Shown here piece by piece: positions 9,633 through 18,932 of a stretch of DNA of 56,817 bases. A program made the position numbers and the translations under genes. The notes under the pieces were generated by a model that did no database searches, was not told the DNA's origin, and saw only the letters and a program-made list of their open reading frames with translations. This DNA is from a virus (lineage: Duplodnaviria > Caudoviricetes), in IMG/VR virus record IMGVR_UViG_3300046822_000346, positions 1 through 56,817 of that record; one strand, written 5' to 3'. Each line of letters starts with the position of its first letter. The stretch's first letter is position 1.

Positions 9633-10443
9633 CTTCATCCCGATCTTGCCCAACCAGCTCTTGGTACCAATTGCCAGCTTTCGGAAATGGCACTTGGTAT
9701 TGGCACAGATGCTAGAGTCCAACGAGGCGTACCGCGACTTCTATCTCAAGCTCAGCCAGAATAGCGAGACACGCATTATCCTGGACAACGGTGCCTACGA
9801 GCTCGGAACCAGTGTCAGCGACGAGCTACTGGCGTACTGGGCCGAGCGGCTGCGACCTTACGAGGTAGTGTTGCCCGATGTCATGAAGCGCGGGCCTGAG
9901 ACCTTGGATCGCACTGCCGGGTGGCTCAAACAGTACGGACAACGCAACCAACGGTACATGATTGTACCGCAATCCGACAATATCTTCGGGTGGTTTGTCA
10001 ACCTGCGTAAACTACTCGAAGGGCCTGCCGGGGAATATACGATCACGATCGGAGTGCCAAAACACATGGCGAGCCTAGATTCTGACGGCCTAGGACGCCT
10101 GGAGATTCTGAGCACCCTGCACAGACGGGGCTACTCTTCGCGGCACGCAGTGCATCTGCTCGGCACCGATGATCGGCTCCAAGAGCCACCGCACCTGGAC
10201 GAGTTCTCGTGGGTCCGCTCGTTTGACTCGGCCAAACCTGCGATCTGGGCGTACCGCTGTGCGATGCTGGATCCGCGCCGTGAACCGCTGGCCGCGTTGC
10301 CACCGTTCAACCGTCCCGACGGATTCTTTGACCTGGAGTTCCCGTTCACGTTCTTGTACATGTTGAATCTCACGCGTTGGAACATCAACGCGGTTGAGAC
10401 GTGGGTGCGCGCCGGTATTCCGGTCGCGTATGGAGTGTACTAA
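9625..10443 (+). CDS. TGT/DpdA-like TIM-barrel protein (putative 7-deazaguanine DNA transglycosylase)
   Basis: IILDNGAYE, LPDV, VPQ, VHLLG, SFDS motifs; context with queD, queE, folE. Confidence 0.7.
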   Translation: MTDFIPILPNQLLVPIASFRKWHLVLAQMLESNEAYRDFYLKLSQNSETRIILDNGAYELGTSVSDELLAYWAERLRPYEVVLPDVMKRGPETLDRTAGWLKQYGQRNQRYMIVPQSDNIFGWFVNLRKLLEGPAGEYTITIGVPKHMASLDSDGLGRLEILSTLHRRGYSSRHAVHLLGTDDRLQEPPHLDEFSWVRSFDSAKPAIWAYRCAMLDPRREPLAALPPFNRPDGFFDLEFPFTFLYMLNLTRWNINAVETWVRAGIPVAYGVY

Positions 10444-12980
10444 TGTCAACAGCGACTTTGCTCTTCCCACAGCCGCGCTGCCAGGAGTGTCTCATGCGGC
10501 CCGTACAAGGGTGCGCACCGGTCTCTTCCAACGGGAACTCTGATGCCAAGCTCCTGATCTTGACCGATCATCCCTCAGCCGCCGACATGCACAACGGACA
10601 ACTGCTTTCGGACCGTACTGGCTCGCTCCTGTACCAACTGTTGACCGAGCTTCATGTGCCCACGGCCAAGCTCTATTACCTGTCGGCATTGTGGTGCGCG
10701 CCTGAGGACTACGACTCCAAGCGGCCAGCAACGGTGACCAATTCACTCCCGGCGTGCCGCGATCGGCTATACTCCGAGATTCGCAGTCTGCCGAAACGTC
10801 GCGTGATCTTGGCCTTAGGTAACAACGCAGTACAGGCACTCACCGGTAAGCCAACCAATATCTCGCGTACCGCAGGGCGTGTCGAGTGGCACGAGGAGTT
10901 ACAGGTCTGGGTGGTCTACACCAGTCACCCCAAGTTTCTCTTGGTGCAGCCCGAAGCGATGCCCGAGTTTCGATTGTCGATTCAACGTGCGCGCCAATAC
11001 CTGATCGAAGGGCCGGGCCCTAGAGAGGCGATCCCGACCCGAAAGATCGTCGCTCAATCTGCTAGCGAAGCCGTGCGGTTACTCCGGGGCTTGGACAAGC
11101 CACTCATGGCCACGGACATTGAGACTGATGGCTTTGACTTCCTCACCCAGGACATTATCGGTATCGGGTTCTGCCAAGAAGTTGGCACTTCGATTCTCAT
11201 ACCAGGAGTGCTGTGTTACAACTCCAAGGTCAAGGCGGCGCTCAAAGCGCTCTACGAAGGGCCGACCAAGTTCATCTGGCACAACGGGAAGTTTGACGTT
11301 AAATTCATTCGGCACCAACTGGGGATCGCCGCACGGGTTGACATTGACACTATGTTGATGCACTACTTGCTCGACGAGCGTTCTGGCGACTCGGGCGGGT
11401 ACCACGACCTCAAGGGCTTGGCACAAAAGTACTGCGACGCGCCAGAGTGGGAAGCGGACATCAAGCAGTATCTGCCGAGTAAGGCTACCCCATACTCGGC
11501 GATCCCACACGCGGTGCGGATGACCTACCATGCCTACGACTGCGACTACACGTTGCGCCTCTACTACGAGCTAGACAAGCTCCACGCCCAGGAGCCGAAG
11601 AGTCGCCACGGATACCCGCAACCGATCGAGGCCGCGAATCTCTTGTATCGAGCCGCCAATGCCTTGGCGCGTGTAGAGATGCACGGCGCGTTGATCGATG
11701 TAGCGGCGCTCCACACTCACCGCACGCGCATGGAGGCGGAGCTCGACACGCTCCAAGCGCAGGTCAAAGCGAACATCCCCGACGGCGCGATGTACACGGG
11801 CCCGTTGTTCTCGATCAACTCGCCCAAGCAGATCTCGCACATCATGTACAATGTGCTGGGACTGCCGCCCTACGAGGATCCCAAGGTCAGCGATACCTCG
11901 ACCGCATCCAAGGTGTTACGCGCTTACGAGGATCGTCACCCGTTCATATACCACTTGGCGCGCTATCGTGAAATCTCGCACCTGTACAAGGTGTACATCA
12001 AAGGGTTTGAGGAGCGCTTAGATGACAGGGCTCGTTTACACACCGAATATAATCTCCACGGTACGACTACTGGTCGGCTTTCGTCGCGGAATCCCAATCT
12101 ACAGAATGTTCCACGTGATAGTATCATCAAGCAACTCTTCGTCGCACCTCCCGGGTATGTTTTCTGCAACGCAGACTACAAACAACTGGAGGTTCGCGTG
12201 GGTGCCTACTACTCCCACGACCACCAGCTTATCGCGGACCTTGGCAAGGATCTACACTGGGAGGTTGCAACCCAGGTGTTCGCGGATTTCGTGGGACGCT
12301 TTCTGGGACTGGTACAACGCGAAGACATTGACGGCCTCATTGCACTAGCTGACAGCTCGACCATCATGACCGATGTGGCGGCGCGTATCCATCACACGCC
12401 GCGCGAACAATTGAGTGTCCAGAAACTCCACGATTGGATCCGCGGACGCTTGCGGTTTGCGACCAAGTTCATTACCTTCGGGATCTTGTACGGTCGCGGG
12501 GCGGCATCGCTTGCCGACCCGTTTAACGGCCTAGGTTGCACGTTAGAGGAGGCCAAAGCGTTCTTGCATGCTTGGCACAAGCGCTACCCGAGCATGTCTA
12601 AGACGATGCTAGAACTCGAGACACAGGCCGAGACACGCGGTTGGGTGGAGACACCTCGCGGCAGGCGGCGCCGCTTCCCGCTCATCACAGATGTCAACCA
12701 ATGGGCGATCAAGCATCAAGCCGTGAACATGCCGATCCAGAGTCTGGCCTCGGATATGACACTGGCAAGCTTGACTACCTTGGAGCGCGAGCTTCCTGCA
12801 CGCGATCTCGGTTATGTGGTACTCACGGTGCATGACGCCATTGCCTTTGAGCTCAAGGAAGATCGCCTCGATGAGGCCACCACATTGATCCGTGACATCA
12901 TGGAGAATGCGTGGCCTAACGATATCATCCGGTTCGAGGTCGACTTGGCTACCGGCCCGAACTGGTATACCTGCAAATAG
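10443..12980 (+). CDS. family A DNA polymerase with N-terminal UDG-like domain and 3'-5' exonuclease
   Basis: DIET, HNGKFD, YDCD exo motifs; TGRLSSRNPNLQN, DYKQLEVR, KFITFGILYG, VHD; N-terminal CxxC..C..C and HP of family-4 UDG. Confidence 0.95.
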   Translation: MSTATLLFPQPRCQECLMRPVQGCAPVSSNGNSDAKLLILTDHPSAADMHNGQLLSDRTGSLLYQLLTELHVPTAKLYYLSALWCAPEDYDSKRPATVTNSLPACRDRLYSEIRSLPKRRVILALGNNAVQALTGKPTNISRTAGRVEWHEELQVWVVYTSHPKFLLVQPEAMPEFRLSIQRARQYLIEGPGPREAIPTRKIVAQSASEAVRLLRGLDKPLMATDIETDGFDFLTQDIIGIGFCQEVGTSILIPGVLCYNSKVKAALKALYEGPTKFIWHNGKFDVKFIRHQLGIAARVDIDTMLMHYLLDERSGDSGGYHDLKGLAQKYCDAPEWEADIKQYLPSKATPYSAIPHAVRMTYHAYDCDYTLRLYYELDKLHAQEPKSRHGYPQPIEAANLLYRAANALARVEMHGALIDVAALHTHRTRMEAELDTLQAQVKANIPDGAMYTGPLFSINSPKQISHIMYNVLGLPPYEDPKVSDTSTASKVLRAYEDRHPFIYHLARYREISHLYKVYIKGFEERLDDRARLHTEYNLHGTTTGRLSSRNPNLQNVPRDSIIKQLFVAPPGYVFCNADYKQLEVRVGAYYSHDHQLIADLGKDLHWEVATQVFADFVGRFLGLVQREDIDGLIALADSSTIMTDVAARIHHTPREQLSVQKLHDWIRGRLRFATKFITFGILYGRGAASLADPFNGLGCTLEEAKAFLHAWHKRYPSMSKTMLELETQAETRGWVETPRGRRRRFPLITDVNQWAIKHQAVNMPIQSLASDMTLASLTTLERELPARDLGYVVLTVHDAIAFELKEDRLDEATTLIRDIMENAWPNDIIRFEVDLATGPNWYTCK

Positions 12981-13036
12981 CAGGCAGAGAGAGAGAGTAG
13001 CCTAGCAGAAGTAATACGCAAGGCGCAGGAGGTGAA

Positions 13037-13207
13037 ATGAGCGATTTCTTGTTCGCGATGGGTTGGGGCTTGTTCTGCGGATCGTTAGTAGCTTGCGCGG
13101 CACTGATGTATCTACTGCGCGCCAAGGACCAGGAGATCGCGATGCTGCGCCAACCACATCGCCTGCGGAAGTACGTCTTGGACAATGCGCCAAGCTTACA
13201 TCGGTAG
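13037..13207 (+). CDS. small membrane protein (56 aa)
   Basis: AGGAGGT RBS; MSDFLFAMGWGLFCGSLVACAALMYLL hydrophobic helix; below the ORF-track cutoff. Confidence 0.6.
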   Translation: MSDFLFAMGWGLFCGSLVACAALMYLLRAKDQEIAMLRQPHRLRKYVLDNAPSLHR

Positions 13208-13227
13208 GCTTGTACAATCGAACACGC

Positions 13228-13265
13228 AAACAGGAAGCCGCACATCCAGTGCGGCTTCCGTTTTC
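13228..13265. terminator. probable bidirectional intrinsic terminator
   Basis: GGAAGCCGCAC-atcca-GTGCGGCTTCC with flanking A/T runs between convergent genes. Confidence 0.7.
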
Positions 13266-13298
13266 CTTGCGCGTTGGCAACAGCGTAGCTCCCAGCCG

Positions 13299-13502
13299 CT
13301 ATTTTGTCTCGCTCGGTCCGCGTCTCGCGGGCATGGTGTGGCTGCTACGAATCGTAACGTTGTGACAGTTGTCGCACTTAACGAACACTGTCCGCACGCG
13401 CCCATGAAGTGGATCGTTGCGATCCTCGGTCTCGCAGATCGGCAACGCGGCGAGTTCGGCGTTACAATACGGACACTCTTCGATGTCGAAGTGGAGCGGC
13501 AT
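13299..13502 (-). CDS. small Zn-ribbon protein
   Basis: AGGAG RBS; CPYC...CDNC. Confidence 0.65.
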   Translation of the reverse strand: MPLHFDIEECPYCNAELAALPICETEDRNDPLHGRVRTVFVKCDNCHNVTIRSSHTMPARRGPSETK

Positions 13503-13555
13503 TCTTGTCTCCTGGAAGGTGTGCCAGGCTCTCTCGAGCCTGGCACCTAATCGAA

Positions 13556-13810
13556 CTACTTCTTGTCTTGGCTGGCGCGCACGGCTGTGACGTACGTCTT
13601 GAACAGCTCGAACGCGTTGTCAGCGAAATACTGGTACATGTCCTCGACCATGTCTGGATCGTTCCAATACCCGTCCAGCATGTCAACTGCTTTTTCGGCG
13701 GTTTTGTCGAGCTCTTCGAGCATCGTGGCCTTGGCCTGGTCTACTGACTGTGGGATGGTAACCACCTCCGGAATCTGTTCGAGTGGCGCGACACTTGCGT
13801 GCCATCTCAT
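13556..13810 (-). CDS. hypothetical acidic protein, possibly leaderless
   Basis: ATG lies 6 nt after TATAAT of a cassette promoter. Confidence 0.6.
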   Translation of the reverse strand: MRWHASVAPLEQIPEVVTIPQSVDQAKATMLEELDKTAEKAVDMLDGYWNDPDMVEDMYQYFADNAFELFKTYVTAVRASQDKK

Positions 13811-13894
13811 GTTTTAATTATATGCCAGAAAACATGAGATGGCCCGCCGGTTACCAGCCAATTTTGAAGTCAATTCAAAATTGGCTGGCAGCAC

Positions 13895-14194
13895 TTATTT
13901 GTCTAACTCTTTCACGAAGGTCGCGACCGCGGCGTCATCTTCGAGTGCCCTGACAACCTCACTTAGTTGTTCGACCATCAGATCCGCGAGCGTGACCTCT
14001 TGTGCCATCTCCGGAGCCTCTTTCCGGTAGTAGTCCATGTCTTCTTTCGCTGCTGCGAGGAGTGCCGCGGTGTTGATGTATGCGCGCAACATCGCGACAC
14101 GATCTTGCGTATCCTCGGCATTGAATTTGTCGCTGTTGGCACCAGTCCAAGTACCCACGTAAGTGTCCTCCACGAGGTCGCGGGACAAGTCCAT
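13895..14194 (-). CDS. hypothetical protein
   Basis: Acidic helical ORF in the leftward cassette; start uncertain. Confidence 0.55.
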   Translation of the reverse strand: MDLSRDLVEDTYVGTWTGANSDKFNAEDTQDRVAMLRAYINTAALLAAAKEDMDYYRKEAPEMAQEVTLADLMVEQLSEVVRALEDDAAVATFVKELDK

Positions 14195-14217
14195 CGGAAC
14201 TTGTCCCGCTTGATCTC

Positions 14218-14508
14218 CTAGCTCTCCATCACCGTGATGGTGGGAAACACGTTCCAACCTTGGAGCTCGAATACGACGCGCGCCTCAGGAAACTCGTCGC
14301 ACAGTTGAAGTGCCAGCGGCGCGAGTTTGTCGCGCATCAGCTTCATCTTGTCCGGCGTCGTCATTCCCGGGACACTATACATGATCATCACGCGTCCCGG
14401 CACCGTGCGATAGATCGACAAGCCAAGGCTTGCGCGATCGTGAGGACGCGCTAGCGCGTCCACGGTGCCAGCGAAAGTGCTGACACGATCAAAGAAATCT
14501 TGGTTGAT
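14218..14508 (-). CDS. hypothetical protein (probable ATC start)
   Basis: GGAGGT-N7-ATC; downstream of cassette promoter 14569(-). Confidence 0.6.
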   Translation of the reverse strand: MNQDFFDRVSTFAGTVDALARPHDRASLGLSIYRTVPGRVMIMYSVPGMTTPDKMKLMRDKLAPLALQLCDEFPEARVVFELQGWNVFPTITVMES

Positions 14509-14909
14509 GCGAACCACCTCCAATACGTGGTTTGGATCCAGATGACGTACTTCACATCATCTGGTTCTATTATATGCCAACCTGCGTTGAAAGGCACGCC
14601 GGTAAACTGCCAGTTTTGCGTTCTCATAAAAACTGAAGGCATCGCGTTTATATGCGAATCTACAAGCAGCTACGTAACTACGCGCTGGGAGGCGTTGCCG
14701 CGCGTAGATTCGCATTGTAGCGCGCTGTAGCACGCAGGCCTTATTATAATAGGTACAGCTACCGCGCAAGTATGAGAAACACCTTCAGTTTCGTGGAACC
14801 TGGAAAACTGGCGCAATCCCGGCGTGCCTTTCGTTGGCGGCTGGCATATAATTAAAGCAGAGATAAGGGAAATGGAAGTACCAAGTCTCAAAGTTTTGGA
14901 GGTGTTGAA

Positions 14910-15113
14910 ATCAACACTCAGAAGCCTCAGGTGTCGCGGGTTGTCTTCGAAGGTATCAAGGCTTGTCGGGATGCCGGCAAGTACAATATGTTCGAGGTCA
15001 ACAGTGTAATCCACTGGCTCGAGTCGCATGGGCACATCGAGGCGGCGGATTGGGTGGAGCGCAACCGCGGCGAGTACGCTCGCGGGATCATGTACGGGTT
15101 CGACGTGATCTAG
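14910..15113 (+). CDS. DUF5049-like protein (probable ATC start; GTG alternative at 14931)
   Basis: GIKACRDAGKYNMFEVNSV...NRGEYARGIMYG pattern; GGAGGT-N6-ATC. Confidence 0.7.
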   Translation: MNTQKPQVSRVVFEGIKACRDAGKYNMFEVNSVIHWLESHGHIEAADWVERNRGEYARGIMYGFDVI

Positions 15114-15119
15114 CTCCAA

Positions 15120-15147
15120 GGTGGTACGGTCGCAAGACCGTACCACC
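15120..15147 (+). terminator. 12-bp GNRA-capped hairpin after the stop
   Basis: GGTGGTACGGTC-gcaa-GACCGTACCACC; no U tract. Confidence 0.5.
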
Positions 15148-15283
15148 GAGCCCCACCTGAGGCAGTTCGAACCAATTTTGAAAACTGGCAGATTGCCGGC
15201 GTGCCATCCTACGCAGGCTGGCATATAATTAAAACATAAGAGCGGCGGGTGTTCCGCCACCAACAAATCAAAGGAGCCCAACA

Positions 15284-15583
15284 ATGGCCACTATGAAGAC
15301 CCGCATCATCAACAACCTCACCACCACCATCAACTACTACAACAATCCTACGGCCTGTGAGGCCACCATCAACCGGCTGCGGGAGCTGGGCGCTCCCCAA
15401 ACTACTATCAACTCCACCATCTCCTTCCAGGCGGAGATGCGGGCAGAGCTGCCCAAACTCCTCACCTTCATCAAAACTCTTTCTCACCATTCTTCCTTCT
15501 CTTCCATCCAGTCCGCCGCGCGAGCGGCCGGCTTCACCGGCGACACTTACATGGCCATCGACCTGCGAGATCCGGGGGTGTAA
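15284..15583 (+). CDS. cassette hypothetical protein
   Basis: Own promoter and AAGGAG RBS. Confidence 0.75.
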   Translation: MATMKTRIINNLTTTINYYNNPTACEATINRLRELGAPQTTINSTISFQAEMRAELPKLLTFIKTLSHHSSFSSIQSAARAAGFTGDTYMAIDLRDPGV

Positions 15584-15795
15584 CCCCCACCTCGCTGGTG
15601 TCCAAGCCTCGGCTCGCACCATGATTGCCAAACGCGCAAGCGGGCGGGCAGAGCAGCTCCGGCATAGTCTCCTTCGGGTACGAGTCGAGGCTTGGACATC
15701 AGTTTTTGAAACTGGCATCTAACCGGCGTGCCTTTCCGAGCTCCCTGGCATATAATTGATACATAAGATGGTTCGGGAGTTCGGAGGTACAAAGC

Positions 15796-15978
15796 ATGCG
15801 GAACGGGTACAGCATCAAGACCACGCAAGACCTGCAGGCCGAAGCACTCGAGGCGCAGGCACTGATGGACGAGTGCGAGCAGTACCGCACAGGCAGTGCG
15901 GATGACGATGACGCGATCGATGCCTGGATTACCAAGATGATGGAGGCCGGGATCGATCCCTTCGAGGAGGTGGCCTAG
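15796..15978 (+). CDS. cassette small acidic protein
   Basis: Own promoter and GGAGGT RBS. Confidence 0.75.
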   Translation: MRNGYSIKTTQDLQAEALEAQALMDECEQYRTGSADDDDAIDAWITKMMEAGIDPFEEVA

Positions 15979-16238
15979 TGAACTTCGATTTTCAGCGCGC
16001 TTGGAATGCGCGCATTGAGACTATCACGCATCTGATGTCGCTGGCCGGGAATAGCCCTTACGACTGGATGTTCACTACTGACAAGTTCGGCAATGTCGTG
16101 GCAGAGTTCATTGGCGGTGGCACACTCGACGATCAAATTCGTCGCGCGCGCTGGCTCGTGGACAGCTTGACTGGTAACGCCAGCATTCTCGGTGTTCGGC
16201 GTCGTGGCACTCAAGTGTGGATTGCCCTGATGCCGTAG
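15978..16238 (+). CDS. hypothetical protein
   Basis: GAGGAGG RBS; coupled to the upstream stop. Confidence 0.65.
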   Translation: MNFDFQRAWNARIETITHLMSLAGNSPYDWMFTTDKFGNVVAEFIGGGTLDDQIRRARWLVDSLTGNASILGVRRRGTQVWIALMP

Positions 16239-16253
16239 AAAGGAACGATACCC

Positions 16254-16346
16254 GTGACACGTTTCGCTGCAGCCATCGTACTCCTGTTCCTCTTGTTTGT
16301 CATGATGGTGGGTGCCTACGTCGCGTTTGGCGTCATCATCCGGTAG
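16254..16346 (+). CDS. 30-aa single-TM peptide
   Basis: AAAGGA RBS; MTRFAAAIVLLFLLFVMMVGAYVAFGVIIR. Confidence 0.55.
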   Translation: MTRFAAAIVLLFLLFVMMVGAYVAFGVIIR

Positions 16347-16495
16347 CTCCCGTACCACGGTGTCCAAGCCAACCCGGCTTGGACACCAATTTCCAAAATT
16401 GGTCGGAAACCGGCGTGCCATCGCGCGAGGTCTGGCATATAATTAAAGCATAAGAGAGCGCGGGAGTTCCGCGACAAGGTTCGGAGGACAAAGCA

Positions 16496-16807
16496 ATGCA
16501 GCCATTCACGACCACCCGCGAACAGCAGATCAAAGCCTACCACAAGATCTACGCGCAACTCAAGCGCGCCGGCTTCATCGCCAGCACAGTGATGGCCTGG
16601 GAGGACAGCCACAGTTCGATCCTGCGCCTGGGCGCCAACAACGCCCAGATTCCCAAGAAAGAGGATCGCGAGGCGCGTGAGATGTTCTTGGCGCAGGTGT
16701 TCGCCTTCCTCGAGTCCAAAGGGTACCAGGTCACCTTCGAGCCGTTTCGTCAGATCAGTGACTACAGCTTCATGAACGCCCGCTTGACCATTTACTTCGA
16801 GTTCTAA
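16496..16807 (+). CDS. cassette hypothetical protein
   Basis: Own promoter and GGAGGA RBS. Confidence 0.75.
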   Translation: MQPFTTTREQQIKAYHKIYAQLKRAGFIASTVMAWEDSHSSILRLGANNAQIPKKEDREAREMFLAQVFAFLESKGYQVTFEPFRQISDYSFMNARLTIYFEF

Positions 16808-16905
16808 AACTGGTGCCAGCCAGGCGTGCCATTTCAGCACGCCTGGCATATAATTAAAGCAGAGATGGGGACGTACCGCATCTCACAGGTTTGGAGGACA
16901 CGCAC

Positions 16906-17250
16906 ATGGCCAAGAATCTTGCGGACATGACTGACGAGCAGATCATCGACAACATCGACCACGCGCAGGCGACCTACAACGATGTGTACAACACAGAGGC
17001 CGGCTTGACCGCGGGTATGAAAGAGGCCATCCTCGAACACCTCACTGCCTACCTCACCGAATTGCAAGTCGAACAGCGTCGCCGAGACGGCAAGACCGTG
17101 ACCATCACGTTGGGGTCCGAAGCTTGGGGTTACTGGAAGCTACTGGCACAGCGCGAGGGCATCGACCCTGAAACCTACTTGCAGACCTTCGTTGGGGACG
17201 TTGATTGGCTCGCAGACGAGTGGGCCAAAGTGACTTACATCGAAGACTAA
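16906..17250 (+). CDS. cassette hypothetical protein, possible C-terminal RHH-like segment
   Basis: Own promoter and GGAGGA RBS; TVTITL...LAQREGIDPETYL. Confidence 0.7.
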   Translation: MAKNLADMTDEQIIDNIDHAQATYNDVYNTEAGLTAGMKEAILEHLTAYLTELQVEQRRRDGKTVTITLGSEAWGYWKLLAQREGIDPETYLQTFVGDVDWLADEWAKVTYIED

Positions 17251-17337
17251 AAACTGGTGTCCAAGCCGGCGTGCCATTCCACCGGCTTGGGCATATAATT
17301 AAAACATAAGATAGTTCATTAGTTTGGGGGCAACGCA

Positions 17338-17628
17338 ATGTCCAACTTCAACACGCCACGCGTCTTCGTCGAGGCCAAGCCTCGCACGCGGCGAACCGCC
17401 AGCAACAAGCCTTCGATCGTAGTCAAGGCCAACAACGGCATCACAGTAGTGCGTTTCAACTACAAGCCAGATCCTACAATCCGCGCACGTCTGCTGGCGC
17501 ATGACTTCGCTTGGGATTATGCCTCCGGCAAGTGGACATTGTTGGGCGAAATGCCGCAAGCCGACGTCTTCGCCATCGTGCGCGGTGACTGCCAGTGCTC
17601 GCAGTGCAAAGGATGGTGGACGAAATGA
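17338..17628 (+). CDS. cassette hypothetical protein
   Basis: Own promoter; VVRFNYKPD..IRARL...FAW pattern. Confidence 0.7.
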   Translation: MSNFNTPRVFVEAKPRTRRTASNKPSIVVKANNGITVVRFNYKPDPTIRARLLAHDFAWDYASGKWTLLGEMPQADVFAIVRGDCQCSQCKGWWTK

Positions 17629-17900
17629 TCACCAAGCAACAGCTCCGAGAACTCCTGCTAGCGGCCGGCGTTCCTGAGATGCAGGGCGGCATCATCCGCA
17701 CGCCTGGTTTCCACATCCTGTTCGCAGACAGCCCACTCACCATCACCTGGGACGACGGCAAGTCCTATTGGGATTCGTGGGAGCGCTTCGCTTCACAGCG
17801 TGGCGGCATCGAACAACATATCCTGCCTGTCCTGCAAGCAGCCGGCGTTACTAGCCGCCTCACCGACATTGCCTACGCGGTCGTCCTCGAAGTGCGCTAG
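17625..17900 (+). CDS. hypothetical protein
   Basis: ATGA overlap with the upstream gene. Confidence 0.65.
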   Translation: MITKQQLRELLLAAGVPEMQGGIIRTPGFHILFADSPLTITWDDGKSYWDSWERFASQRGGIEQHILPVLQAAGVTSRLTDIAYAVVLEVR

Positions 17901-18030
17901 GCGGCTTGTACGCCAGTTTTTGCCAGTTTTGGAAACTGGCAAAAACCCGGCGGGCCTTTCCTTGGTATCTGGCATATAATTAAAACATAAGAGAGCGGGA
18001 CAGTCCGCACAAGGTTTGGAGGCAAGCACA

Positions 18031-18678
18031 ATGTCGTACACGAATCAAATGACCAGCCAGAAGATCATCGCAGTCCTCGGCAAGGCCGGCTTCACCAAGT
18101 CCACAAGCTCCACCACGTCAGTCCGCGGTTGGTACAACATCACTAAGGGCTTCGAAGTCCGCGAAGAAGCCGACACCGAGTACGGCGCGCATTCCTACAA
18201 CCACAAGATGTATATCCGTAGCAAGACCATCAACGGCTGGATCGTGTGTTTCACCAACGGCACCACGATCATGGGCGCAGTCAAAGAGGCCGAGAAGATC
18301 AACGCGCTAGTGCAGCGGTACCTCGAAGCACTGCAGGCGGCCGGGATCGAGTGCCTGTTGCGCCAGGACAATTACCACACATTCGTGTGGGTTCCGATGC
18401 AAGATAAGATCGCGCCAGTCAAGGCTGAGAAGTCCGCGACAAGCGACAACACAGACAGTGTCGAACTCCGCGCGCGAGTGTACCACAAGCTTCATGCGGC
18501 AGGGTACGCCAAGCAGGTTAAGATCGAGGTCACAAGTGGCGGCCTGTGGATCACCGCGCGCGAGGCTTCCGAGGCCGAAAGCGTTCTGCGCGATGTGTAC
18601 GGCGTCCTGAATGCCAGCTCCAAGTACGCAGCGTCCTACGCCGATGCAAGACAGGCGTTGTTGGTGGCGGCGATGTAA
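18031..18678 (+). CDS. cassette hypothetical protein
   Basis: Own promoter and GGAGG RBS. Confidence 0.75.
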   Translation: MSYTNQMTSQKIIAVLGKAGFTKSTSSTTSVRGWYNITKGFEVREEADTEYGAHSYNHKMYIRSKTINGWIVCFTNGTTIMGAVKEAEKINALVQRYLEALQAAGIECLLRQDNYHTFVWVPMQDKIAPVKAEKSATSDNTDSVELRARVYHKLHAAGYAKQVKIEVTSGGLWITAREASEAESVLRDVYGVLNASSKYAASYADARQALLVAAM

Positions 18679-18932
18679 CGCGCTACAACGCGATTTAAGC
18701 CGGCGCAGATTACCAACCTAGGTAATCATGCGCTGGCTTTGTTTGACCCGCGTAAAATCGCTTTAGAACGCGATGCTTGGATAACGCGACGTAGCTCCCT
18801 TTGGGCTTGTACACCAGTTTTGCCAATCTTAAAAACTGGCGGCTTACCCGGGTGCCAAACAACGTTGTTTGGCATATAATTAAAACAGAGATGAGGAGGT
18901 ACCAAGTCTCAAAGAGTTTGGAGGCAAACACA

